From Tubulanus polymorphus (taxonomy: Eukaryota; Animalia; Nemertea), in contig NC_134029.1 of assembly GCF_964204645.1 (NCBI RefSeq), forward strand, positions 15,866,950-15,930,949: DNA of 64,000 nt, in the 5' to 3' direction. Positions 35,619 through 48,800 of this stretch are shown here, in pieces. Made by a program: the position numbers and the translations under genes. How positions within the stretch are numbered: position 1 is the first letter of the stretch; the number at the start of each line of letters is the position of its first letter. The notes under the pieces are model-generated. The model did not search any database and was not told the DNA's origin. It worked only from the letters and a program-made list of their open reading frames with translations.

Positions 35619-35704
35619 CAAAGGTCGAGAGGTCGAGTGAGTAGAAAATTAAATTCTCGCACGCTCGAATTTATTTTTCTACTCACACGACCTCTCGACC
35701 TTTA
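35619..35704. repeat. Short hairpin element related to the 1924-2147 MITE
   Basis: AAAGGTCGAGAGGTCG.GTGAGTAGAAAA arms around the core AATTCTCGCACGCTCGAATT, which is the near reverse complement of the MITE core. Confidence 0.7.
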
Positions 35705-36069
35705 GCTTGAACAAACACATTACCAATTACTGAAATACTGTAACTTATATCGGTCACATTACTAGACAGGTTCAGATATGTCGGCCCGTGTCCAAGAACG
35801 GGTTAATCCTATCGCGGTTACGAGCTCGGTGTCGCGTGAAGCGCTTGCCTTTCCTTTCAAAAGATCATTTACATGCACCGCCGAGATTTTTACAGTCCCG
35901 TAGCGTTATAACGAGCTTTGACCATAGTATGGGCGTGTGTTTGAAATGTGACCATTTCGTTTCGTATTTCGGTTCGTATTTTAGCACTACTTTCTTAATT
36001 TCGTAGTTTCGTTTCGTAATTTCGCTTCATATTTCGTAATTTCGTAGTTTCGTACTTTAGCAGGACCCG

Positions 36070-36830
36070 TTCCTACTAGCATAACAGAAGTTCGGATATT
36101 TGTTGGAGCGGTGAATTATTTATCTATGTACCTTCCTAGTTTACAGAAACATCTCGAACCATTTTACGCGTTAACAAAGAAGAACAAGCCTTTCGTTTGG
36201 ACTGAACAGCATGAAGAAAACGTTGAAGTCATCAAGAATATGTTAACTAATCCACCAGTCTTGTGTGCTCCTCAAGGTAATGGTGATTTTTCGCTATTTT
36301 CAGACACTAGTCGAAGCATGACAGGAGGTGCACTTTATCAGAAGATAAAAGGAAAAGACAGATTGGTTGCATATCACTCCAAGGTTCTTCCTAAAGCGGC
36401 TAAATCCTATTCCGTCAGTGAATTGGAATTGTATGGATTATGGTTAAACATTCTTGCATTTAAAAATATTTTGAGATCAATTTCGTTTCAATGTTATGTC
36501 GATCATACGTCATTGGTATACATTTACAGGTCGATTTTTAGGATGCAAAAGTTACTCGAACGTCTTTCACCATATTCATTTGATCTTTCCTATTGCAAGG
36601 GTTCAGACATGGTTATCGCAGATTTTCTTAGTAGAGCACCTCGCGATAATGACAGAGAATTAGATCGAGTTAAGCCTGTTGCGCTCGCTACTCAAGATAC
36701 TGATACTATTTTTCCATTTCAGATTGGTTCGATCGAGAGACCAGTAACAAGACGATTTGCGAAAGAAAAGAATATTAATATTTAATCGATTTTTCCAGAA
36801 AAACAGGAGAGATCTACAGTTCGACAGGAT
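36070..36830 (+). pseudogene. Gypsy pol fragment (RT C-terminus and RNase H)
   Basis: FVWTEQHE, LFSDTS, YSVSELEL, VDHTSL, ADFLSR. Confidence 0.85.
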
Positions 36831-38191
36831 AGTAACGGTTCCTGAACTTCGCAGAAAAAGCTGAATCCCTGAAATTTCAGGGAATTTCTGAAAAACGCCG
36901 AAATTTCAGGGAATTCCCGAAAAACGCTGAAATCGTGCTAGGTACCAACAATACACGTTTTGAAATATTTTCCGGGCCGGTGTCCGCTGCTGAGTCCTGA
37001 ACCGTGTTTTAGGTCTACCTTCGTTTACAGAGACATGCGTGGACAGTATGTGTGGAGTATACTTCTAGAGGGCCACTTGTTGGACAAATTAATTCGCTTG
37101 AATCCGGATTTTTAATGCATACAGGCAGCATAATGAGGAAAACCCATTCACAAACCGTGCAAGCCAACACTATGCTCAATATTCCCTGCAAGACGCAAAA
37201 TATCTTATTTGAACGTTCATGTATAAAACATGGAGCAACTTTTCTTTTGTCAACACGTTGATGGGCGACGGACTATACTATGGTATTCTCTGAAGGAGGT
37301 AAATTAAATTTGACAGCTAGTTATATAAATGATGCAGCTTTTGGACAAAAGGGATCTAACTAAATTTCTTTTTAATTCACTGACACTGTGGAATGGAATG
37401 GATTGACGCCAATGGCATGCAGTAGGCCCCTACGTATGGGTCATACTGATTAGCGTCAACCAATTAATCTAAATCGGGCGAACCATTCAACAACTGTGAA
37501 TAATTTATTTGCTGTGGCGTGATAATAATTAGTTTTTTTTTGAAGAAATGACATACCAACTGTTAGGAAAATGTACCGATTCTTATTTTTAGACTACTAC
37601 TGAATCTATAAAAGGAGGAGTCATAGACAAAGTTGCTTAGCTGGATACACTTCTTGTCAAGTACATCATCTCAAGTACTGGGTGTTTTGTAAGTTTAATT
37701 TCAGTATTTATTTATTAAGTGCTGTTCCCTCGGACCGCAGTGCTTTCAAACTAGGCCCACCCCATAGGCTATATAGTCCAGGGTGTATTAGCCACTATTC
37801 TTTTATATCCTACTAAAATGCACCTTTTTCTATTTTTAGATTCAGGCTTAGAATGTGCAAATTCTTTGAGATACTGAGAAATCAGATGGCACCAGTAAAC
37901 TTCAACTGCGAAATTTGCAGCAGGATAGCTGAACGACACAATTTTTAAAAATAAAATGGCTATTCGAATGCTATTTCAATAATAACTTGATTCAACCAGA
38001 GAGAAATAAGTCAATTGTGGATGTACAGTACACGCACTTTTCTTCCCTGTTTCCTGGTACCTAATTTTTAGTCTTAAGCTAAGCGATATTCTAAGGTATG
38101 CTAGTGGATTTCATTAGAATATGAAGCAATGGAACCAGAATTCTAGCCAGAGTTATTTTGCAAGCCTCTAGAAACTGGTTTCAAATGCATT

Positions 38192-39310
38192 ATGAGATCA
38201 TGGGATGCTTCCTCTAGAACTGATATAGCCAATTCATTTATTAGTTTTATTGAGAATGATATTTCTTTAGACCTTATGTCGCAAGATACAAAAACATTTA
38301 TTGATTACCTAAAGAAGAATTGGTTTAATTCCCAAATTTGGTCTGATGCATTCAATGCTGAATCAATTTATCAGTCAGACCAATCTAACAGAAATAACCC
38401 TTTGCTATTAACTGATAATATTACTGAGCGCAAATTCAAACAAATAGATGATGTCTACTTAAGTGGACACCTAAATAAACTGATATCATCTTTTGTACGA
38501 TTACTGTTTGAAAATGTTTTTAATGATGAGATCAAAGCGACAAATATGAACAATCTCCAATTTAAGCAACTTGACCAACGAGTTAAGAATATACGTCACC
38601 TTGAAAAGATAGAAAAGTGTTGCAAAAGAGCCTTTGATTTATTACAGAATAATGAGATTTTAAAATATGATGAAGAAACTAATTGGTTTGTTGTGAAGAG
38701 TTCTTCACGAAAGAACTTAAATAGGTTAGAAGATAATGATAATTTTTTCAATGGTGATACTCAATATACATTCAATCAGCTTGATGTTTTAGAAGAAAGA
38801 TTCCCCGATAAAGTATCAATATCCGAGGAACATTCATATGACATTTCAAAAAAATGCCGAAGGTACATAGGAAATTTAGATTCAATATCCAGTCGTATCT
38901 TATTCAATTACGTTATTACAATCGTTCCTGAAAATTGTCTTTCATACGTAGATGGTAATTGCCATTTAATCAATTTGAAACTAGGTATATGTACTTGTGA
39001 AGCTTTTATAATGATTGGACAACCATATTTTTGCAAACATCTTTTTGCCTGTTTTGCCCAAAAAAACAATATAACCACAACGAAGGCTTTAATTGATGCA
39101 TATAAATTCCACATTGTGGAGCCTCTGCCAACTTACAATTTTACTCGACAAAATAGTTCTGTTTCATCTACCCTCATTGATAAGTTAAAAGATCATTCCC
39201 ACATTGCTAGCTCGAATGATATCAATGCTGCTCGGAAAGGGCACATTCTAAGTATTTTACATAATGAAAGCCACTGTGGAATTAAGTTAATAAGCGGACG
39301 ACCTGCCAAA
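38192..39310 (+). pseudogene. MULE-like transposase C-terminal region with SWIM zinc finger
   Basis: FIDYLKKNWF, TDNITER, CTCEAF...FCKHLFA; the ORF tail after about 39310 runs into a different repeat. Confidence 0.65.
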
Positions 39311-39829
39311 CGACAACAATTCAATATTTTGTTTTTGTCGTCCGCGACAATACATTATTTTGGTTTTATCGCCCGTGACAATTCAATATTTTGGTTTTGT
39401 CGCCCGTGGTTTTGTCGGAACATTAAGTTTTTTGGTCGAACAGTGTGTTAAGGTCGTTTTGGAAATTTACTCGGTCTGGTATATTTTGGATTACTGTGTA
39501 TGTCATTTGTCAGGACATTAAACAGAAGACGACTTAGGATACTACCTTGCGTGACTCCACTAGTTAGACCTTCTCATTCCAAGATGATGCGTTCCGTTGA
39601 TTTCGGTTACAAGTTTCCGCTCAGAGATAACTGCTGAGCCATTTGGGCGACTTATCATTGATACTGTTTCCTAATAGCCTGTTTAGTAATAGCTGATGTT
39701 GAGCCTTATCAAATGCTTTGTTGAAATCCACCGTTGAACAGGATTCTAAGACTGTGCAGAAAACCCGTTATCGCTGCTTTGCAGCTATATTTCATTAATT
39801 ATTTTTCATAGTAATCGTAAACAATCAAT

Positions 39830-40345
39830 GAATTGAGCCCAGAAATGAAAATTCCAAAACAACTTCTGGTGACATTGACCTTTGACCTACAGGACCCAAC
39901 ATCTAATCAGTTATCTATTTGCTCTAGGACAATCCATCAATTTAATTTCACCAAGTTATCTCAAACCATTTATGAGTTATAGCCCAGAAATGAAAATAGC
40001 AAAATAACTTCTGGTGACCTTGACCTTAGACCTACAGGACCCGATATCTAAGCAGTCACTGAAGGTCCCTAGGGAAACTCATCCATAAAATTTCAGCAAG
40101 TTATCTTAAATCGTTCATGAGTTAGAGCCCGGAAATCAAAAATACAAAACAGCTCCTGGTGACCTTGACCTTTGACCTACAGTTCCAAAATCCAATAAGT
40201 TACCCACGGTCACTGGGATAACCCATCCATAGAATTTCACTGAGTTATCTCAAATCGTTTATGAGTTAGAGCCCGGAAATTAAATATACAAAATGGCTTC
40301 CTGTGACCTTGACCTTGGACCTACAGGGTCCAAAATCTAATCAGT
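39830..40345. repeat. Tandem repeats of about 145 bp with a GACCTTGACCTTTGACCT core (HINE/satellite-like interspersed repeat)
   Basis: About four diverged units starting near 39836, 39981, 40126 and 40269. Confidence 0.75.
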
Positions 40346-40520
40346 ACAACCTCATCTAGTACAACACAATGTTTCCTATTATCCATAGTACTCAGCCTTT
40401 ATGTGGTATTTTTTAAGATATAATTTTTGCGATAATCACACCATTGGATAATGTAAAGTTACTACAATTCCACAGTTAAGTTAAGTGATACAAGTGATAG
40501 CGGAATCGTATGAGACAGTT

Positions 40521-42722
40521 TTATTTGGTTTCTAAACACCAGATATAAGCATTCTTAAACATTCGTAACCAAGGAGACACTTTCATTGTTTCTTTCCAAT
40601 GGGGGGGCATCCAAGCCAATTGCCATGGTAACACACATCGTTCGGGGTGAGGCATCATTCCGAGATGACGTCCATTCTCAGAACAAACTCCAGTAATACC
40701 ATTTACACTACCATTAGGGTTGAAAGGATAAACATCAGTAGGCTGACCATAGTCATCAGCATAAGACAAAGCAACAAGTCTTTTTTGTATTATACTCTGT
40801 TCTAACTCCGCATTTTTGAAAACCATTCGACCTAGAAACAATGAAGAATTAAAAGAACATTTCAATATCAGGAGTATGACATAGTAGCCTCCTGGAACAG
40901 CCTAGAATTGGTTCCAATATTTGAGTTATTAGCATTAAATCATAATTAATGGAACACAATACTACCAAGGATGATTGAGATAATGACAAACGTGGGACAA
41001 AAATCCTACCTTCACCATGCGCTACCCATATACCGAGTACAGATTCATCCATTCCTTTAAACATTATTGATGGTGAGCTGTGTACCTTAACTGTCACAAA
41101 TCTAGACTCAAAACGTTCAGAAACATTAGCATCTAGGAGCAAGCCTTGCCGTTCCACTCCTGAAAAACATTGGACACATTTGTATATGAGTTTATTGAAC
41201 CAAACCTATCCAGTTGGCACGGAGCTTAGAATTTAGGGACTGCTATCAGTTACTTAACCCATTAGCACTCAGGAATTGCACTATGTAGTGCCAATTACTC
41301 CTTAGAAAATTCGAGGTAAAATCTTAGTTCATCACGATACCAGATAGCTCATTTACTGTTTATGTCATGAAGAACTAGAGGACCAAAGGTACAGTTTATT
41401 TTATAATATTAATGAAAACATATAAGTTACATTGTTCATTCTACTACTCTTTTAATAATGCAGATCTGTTGACTTAAACAAGTGTCCTGGGCACTACGGT
41501 GAAGCCTCAGACAGTGTGGTAGGCAGGAACAAATACGTCAGATCGATTTGTTTTGGCCAGAGAGTTTAAAATAATTGACAGATACAACAGCCTACCCGAG
41601 ACTTTTCAAAGACTTAATAATTAGACCGACAACTTAAATGAAAATCTAGGATCATGTTTATTTCATTCAAAAATCTTATTTCACTGTATGATTACCGATC
41701 GCGCCGGACCAATTGAGTGAGATCATCACCCCCCCCCCCCCCCCATACTTTTACAGTATTTTTGGACTATTTGGAAAATTGATATTTTTCAATACCGAAA
41801 TCCGCGGGGAATTCTCATCCCTGACGTCTGCAGTAAATGAATAAACGCGCGACACACCGCCATACAACTCAGCGATAATTTCGGTCTAACTGTAAAAATT
41901 GGAGGCTTTCAAGGACATTGTCCGCCAACCTTTCAAATTTAAAGACTCCAACTGACTTTCCCAGCACAAAACAAGGAATTTAAGACCACCACCGACCCTT
42001 GGTGCAAGGTGCCCGTTCACACCAAGTGATGTAGTCATCCGTACATTAATTCATCTGGTAAAATAAATTTATCCAACTTGTTTAATAAATTTATTCGAAA
42101 GAATTATTGATAAAATACACGTTATACACAGTGTGTATGACATTTGAAAACTTCATGCAACGGATAGATGAATGAAAGACAAAAACAGAACGCAACTGGC
42201 CAAAGTGGGGTAAAAAATACTGAACAGAAAATCGAAATAATTGGAAAAAGTACCTTCAATCACATCAGGAGCTATCCATCCTAATAACGCCATTAACTGG
42301 CAACCGTTACAAACTCCAAGACTAAATGTATCTTCTCTCTGTTTAAATGCATCAAACTCAGCTTGCACCTCTGGATGATATAGAATAGTGCCTGCCCATC
42401 CTGTTAGCAATAAATACTCCATGACAATGAGAGCAAGAATGTATCAAGTATTAACTTACATACGCATGTTCATAAATCGTAACTAAAATACCTTTCGCTG
42501 ATCCCAAAACATCCGCATAACTAAATCCACCGACAAACACCACACCTCTGAACTGCACCAGTGTCACCTTTTTACAACAAAGATCTTGCATGTTAACATC
42601 CCAGACTTCAAATCCTACCATATGCAATGCTGCTACCATTTCTCGGTCTCCATTACTACCTTCTTCACGAATAATGGCAACTTTTGGTTTATTTTCACCT
42701 GAAATTGGTTTTAAACTCTGTA

Positions 42723-42817
<95 letters not shown>

Positions 42818-45800
42818 GTATATACGTATACGCGTACACGTATACACGACACGCGTGCACATACACATACATATATATATATTTAACTAATGCACCCGTC
42901 AGTAAAATGTTTCACCCTGAGAGGGGGTTGATCAATTAGTGAAGGCGCTAGGATCTCTAAAAGGGGGTTTTTGGCGTCACTATTGGCATCACAATTCCAG
43001 AACATACTCATGCGCTGAGGATCTGACACCCCTCCAAGTGGGATGGTTTGTACTTTGATTGTGGTGTGCAAACACAAATTTATTTCATTGAAACCCTTTT
43101 ACAACATACATAAGTTTTATTACCGTATTTTCCGGTGTACAAGTCGACCCGGTGTATAAGTCGAGGTCAAATTTTCAGTTTAAAAAGTTGTGCCGCGCGC
43201 CTGTAGTCTAGTATTAGACTGCTGTGTATTGATTATTGGCACCCTGCCACAGCATCGCGGCTTATATAAACACTGTACAATGAATATACGCAGTTTTCTT
43301 TCTTTTTTGATTTTTAACATTAGTTAATTTTGAAACATTTCCAAACTATAAGAAACTATTTTTATCACCATCCTAAATTCAATTACACGTACACGTACAC
43401 ATACATACACATACACATATATATTTAACTAATGCACTTGCAGTAAAATGTTTCACCCTGAGAGGGGGTTGATCAATTAGTGAAGGCGCTAGGATCTCTA
43501 AAAGGGGGTTTTTGGCGTCACTATTGGCATCACAATTCCAGAAAATATTCATGCGCTGAGGATCTGACACCCCTCCAAGTGGGATGGTTTGTACTTTGAT
43601 TGTGGTGTGCAAACACAAATTTATTTCATTGAAACCCTTTTACAACATACATAAGTTTTATTACCGTATTTTCCGGTGTACAAGTCGACCCGGTGTATAA
43701 GTCGAGGTCAAATTTTCAGTTTAAAAAGTTGTGCCGCGCGCCTGTAGTCTAGTATTAGACTGCTGTGTATTGATTATTGGCACGCTGCCACAGCATCGCG
43801 GCTTATATAAACACTGTACAATGAATATACGCAGTTTTCTTTCTTTTTTGATTTTTAACATTAGTTAATTTTGAAACATTTCCAAACTATAAGAAACTAT
43901 TTTTATCACCATCCTAAATTCAATTACACGTACACGTACACATACATACACATACACATATATATTTAACTAATGCACCCGTCAGTAAAATGTTTCACCC
44001 TGAGAGGGGGTTGATCAATTAGTGAAGGCGCTAGGATCTCTAAAAGGGGGTTTTTGGCGTCACTATTGGCATCACAATTCCAGAAAATATTCATGCGCTG
44101 AGGATCTGACACCCCTCCAAGTGGGATGGTTTGTACTTTGATTGTGGTGTGCAAACACAAATTTATTTCATTGAAACCCTTTTACAACATACATAAGTTT
44201 TATTACCGTATTTTCCGGTGTACAAGTCGACCCGGTGTATAAGTCGAGGTCAAATTTTCAGTTTAAAAAGTTGTGCCGCGCGCCTGTAGTCTAGTATTAG
44301 ACTGCTGTGTATTGATTATTGGCACGCTGCCACAGCATCGCGGCTTATATAAACACTGTACAATGAATATACGCAGTTTTCTTTCTTTTTTGATTTTTAA
44401 CATTAGTTAATTTTGAAACATTTCCAAACTATAAGAAACTATTTTTATCACCATCCTAAATTCAAATTGGTATATGAGTGTAGCCTAACATAAATTAATA
44501 TTCCATTTCATCATGGCGACCTTGAACTCTAAACATCGTCCGTTTAAAACGATTTCGAAAGTGTAGCCGGTGTATAAGTCGACATACGTTTTTTGGACAT
44601 GATTTTTGGTCTCAAAAACTCGACTTATACACCGGAAATACGGTAGTCATTTTTAATTTGAAACAGAACCTGTATAAGTTTCTTGCTGAGTCTCATTCAT
44701 ATCAAATGTTGTGACATATCGCGGAGATATCCTATTCTTTAGTGATGATTGTTCTTGTTCCACACAGGAAGGATTCGTTTGCAATTTTTCTAATTGAAAA
44801 CTAGTCTCTTCCCAAATATCACGCAGCAATACCATTTTCTCACTCAAAACAAGTTGACCATTCATCATAATTTCCACCTATAAAAGGAAATGTTAAATAC
44901 TGTACAATGATTTCACGCGGTTTTCATTCTAGCTTGATTTTTATCTGTGCATACCGATGAGTTTTGCTGAAGTTCACTAGAGTATCCAATGATATGACAA
45001 GGGACATTCACAGCATGAAACTGATGAAGAACTGCAGTCAGATTATCACTACTAACTTCTAACACCCAGCCTAATTCTTCTGAGAACAGATATTCAATTG
45101 CTGATTCTGTAAATATCAAAAACATGAAATGATGAGGAAATTAAGGCAGTATCAGCATCACATTTAGCATATTGGTTCACTGACTTTGATCACTGTGTTT
45201 GATGTCTAATCTCAGTCCAACATTTCCTGCAAAAGCCATCTCTAATACACAAGTAACCAATCCACCATCACTTATATCATGACCAGCACAGATTTTCTTA
45301 TCTTTTGAAATAAAATTCAACTAACTTTACTACTTAGTATGTTCAGCCAGTATGTGTCAGATGATTTGAATTAACATATGAGTCTCCATATATTTCAAAT
45401 TGTAAATAATACCTTTGATGAGCTTTTGTAAAGCATTAAAAGCTTCAACAAATAAAGCTGGATTATCTAGATCAGGACAGCTATTTCCTATCTGTTTAAA
45501 ACATTGAGCTAAAGCACTGCCACCTAATCGTCGCTTTCCTTCAGCTAAATCCACATGAACTAAAATACCTAAATACATACACATTAACATCAAAAATACA
45601 TCATAAAAATCATCATCTGATGAAATTATACAACATACAATCATCATCTTATGAAATTATATAGTACCTCTGTTATTTGGTGCTTCAGCATCAGGAGTGA
45701 CAGTAAGTCTGATATCCTGGCACACGACATAAGCACTAACAACCAATGTCCCTGCAATGAAAAATTGACTAATAGATTTCCAGGAATGCATCACCGAACT

Positions 45801-48800
45801 TAACAATAGGGTTTTCTGCAAAAGCAGCAGAAAACCCTGATAATAATTCATGTTACCTGGTGATTTTACTGTTTCCCCATTAACTCTTGCAGCCATACTA
45901 AGTGAATCTTTACCACCATCCACTGCAATCCCTAGTACTGACATAGCTTCACACATAGCTTTACAAGCATCATATAGCAGAGCACCTTCACCTGGTAATT
46001 TGGCCGCCCACATCCAATTAGCACTACATTTAATATCCTTAAAAAAACAAAATAGCAAAATATACAAGAGCCGCTTTCAACAAACCTTACTCGACCAATG
46101 AATTATCTCAGTGGCAAGCAAATTCCAGAGCACTAAAGCGTGATAATAGTTATTCATCACACACGTTATGTATTTCAAACAATATTTCTGGGGCTAAATA
46201 TTCCATGACTAGCGGAGTCTAGGGAGATAAAGCAGTCCCTTATCATTCATATGGAGAATAAAGGGCCGTAAAAATACCCGGAATTCAAGTGGTATGTACG
46301 GCCCTTAAAAGTATTGTTTGGATGACGAGTGAAGATGTACCTTGATGTCAGTAATGTAGGCAAAGACGATGTTAGTTAAAGCTTCAGCGACAGACATTCT
46401 CGCTCCAGCACAAGCATGTACAAGTCCTTTCATGGGCTGTTCCCCAATAGAAGTAGCTGAACCAATCTGCAAGAAAGTATTCTGTGTAATTTCCATGAAT
46501 GACCCAAACCAGAGTATCGTATGCAAGTATCTAATACGCACAGTCTCAAGATGTGATAAAGCAGTTACAGCTACATCAGCGAGCGGTGTATGTAGAGGAC
46601 CAACGCACTGCTGTTGAGCTACAAGACCACTTACAGAACGATCAACCTGATAGAAATGAGAAAACATGTCAAATTTAATATACATGTATCATTATATGCA
46701 TGAATTTTCTACCCTTTATCTCATTACAATTAATGGGAACAAAAATGTAAAGATGGAATGATAGCAAATCATTAAGGGGGATATCAACATGGCTTTGGTT
46801 TACTGAATTAGAAGAGTACTTGTGTACATCTTATTCTTATTCATCAGTCCTGACCTAAAAAATGTTTTGTTTGTAGCTCATGGGATCGATAGTAATTTGC
46901 TCGGGTTTCAATGAAATATTCATAAAATTTTGAAAGACATTTTGCATCTGCTATCAGAAATCAGTCAATATGGCAATATGGTCTTCTGAAAACGCTAAAG
47001 TCTTTAATAAAGGGATAACTAGACAGTGCTTCTACAGGCTTCTCGCTGGGAAAAAAGTTTTAGGTCCGTTTTAGTTACATTTGGAACAAGAAACAAAATT
47101 CTTTATGACGAGAGATATCCCACAATAACGAAGCCAAGATTGAAAAATTCTATATCAGAATGATTGTATTTGAGGAGCGACGTTTCGGCTAACAACTGTT
47201 AACCATCAACAGGCGTACTGGGAACAAAATCAAATACCAGGATATTTATACAAGAATATGACAAATGATTGAGATTAAAGTAATTAAATAACAAAAACTG
47301 GAACACTAAGGACGAAAACAAAGAAGGCAAACGACAAACTAAGGGGATGTAGTGCGAAATTAAAGTAATCTAAAAACAAAGCCCAGAGGGTTCAAAGGCA
47401 GACAAACTAAGGGGTAATCGGACAAAAACAAAATGCAAGAACATCAAAAGGATAATGAAGGAATGAGTGAGGGAGTGAGTGAGTAGAAGTGTCAAATGGA
47501 GGAAAACAAGCTAACGGGATTAGAATAATGGGGGTACAAGTGAAGCGAGAAATTTAGAGATCAAAATATTGTGAGGAGAAAATAAGTTAATCAATTCAAT
47601 GGACTTTTTAAAATAATGACTTCTTTATAAGGACTTTCTTAAATTGATATGATGGTGAATGTTTAAACCAGTATCAAAAGTAAATGTTAGTAAAATAGAA
47701 TCACTTGAATAGAACAGTACAGTTTAAGCATTTGTAATTCAGTAAGATTTCATTAAAGGTCTACTCCTTATTTCAAAGATTTAGAAAATAACCCTAGCCA
47801 AGTGCAGCAGCTACAATTTTGGTCGTTAGTAAATAAGTATAATAGTAAAACCAACAAAAATCATCGATATACAGTCAACCTCGGTTAATCAGTCTCCAGT
47901 TAAACCGTTTAACCCTTACAATACCACTACCGTATGGCATACGGTACAAATTGACAAGCTAGCATACCCGTACCGTATGTGCTACGGTATCACTTAACCC
48001 TTCTTCTAGAAGGACATATATATCAGTATCAGCCGGTGCTGCCATCTGCATAAAATCCAAGATGGCAACAGCCAGGAAAAAACAATTTTGCTGGATGAAA
48101 CGGTTCAGCAGCTCGTATATGATGCTGAGTGATGCTGGTGACTTGGGATTTGGTAGTGAACAAACTGAGAGTGACAACGAATATGACAGAAGCAGTTCAG
48201 ATGATGAGACTTAGTCAGAAAATAGGTTTATAGTGCCGGCTATGATTTTGATGATGAAAATGAAATCAGTGACAATTTTTTTAGACCTTGTTGATACGGT
48301 TGTCATGGCAACGGACACCAAAAACAATAATGAAGAACCAGAAACTGTCCATCCTCAAGGTCACATATATCCAAATAATTTGTCTTATTTGTAAGCCCAA
48401 TGGTTATCAACACCATGGTATACAATGTATCAGTGTCAAATACAAAGGTAACAATTTTCTGAGGCCTGAAATTATACCCCAATGAAACCCCTTACATCCA
48501 GTTTTCCAACATATCATGGTAAATGAGTGGAAAATTAAATATTTTAGTTGTTCTATTGCTTTGAAATTTTTATTACATAAAGTAAGGATATATGGCATAC
48601 AATTTCAGTTGGAATTGAATAGATCAGTGCATTTTGCTGGGAGAGAGAGCAGTTTATCTGAAACTTATCGTGAATTTTTTTCATGGCGGCCATCTTGGAG
48701 TATGTGACCTTGACCTCAAGTTCACTTATATCCAAATTATTTATGTCTACATTGTTGGCCCAAAAGTTATCAACAACATGCTATATAAATTTTCTGTGTC

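Noticed and set aside
42451-42886. ORFs with YIYIYI runs
   Set aside because: Translation of a (TA)n microsatellite adjoining a PFAS exon.
42883-44160. Three MCLHTTIK ORFs as a gene family
   Set aside because: Short chance ORFs replicated by the intronic triplication; no ATG context or domain.
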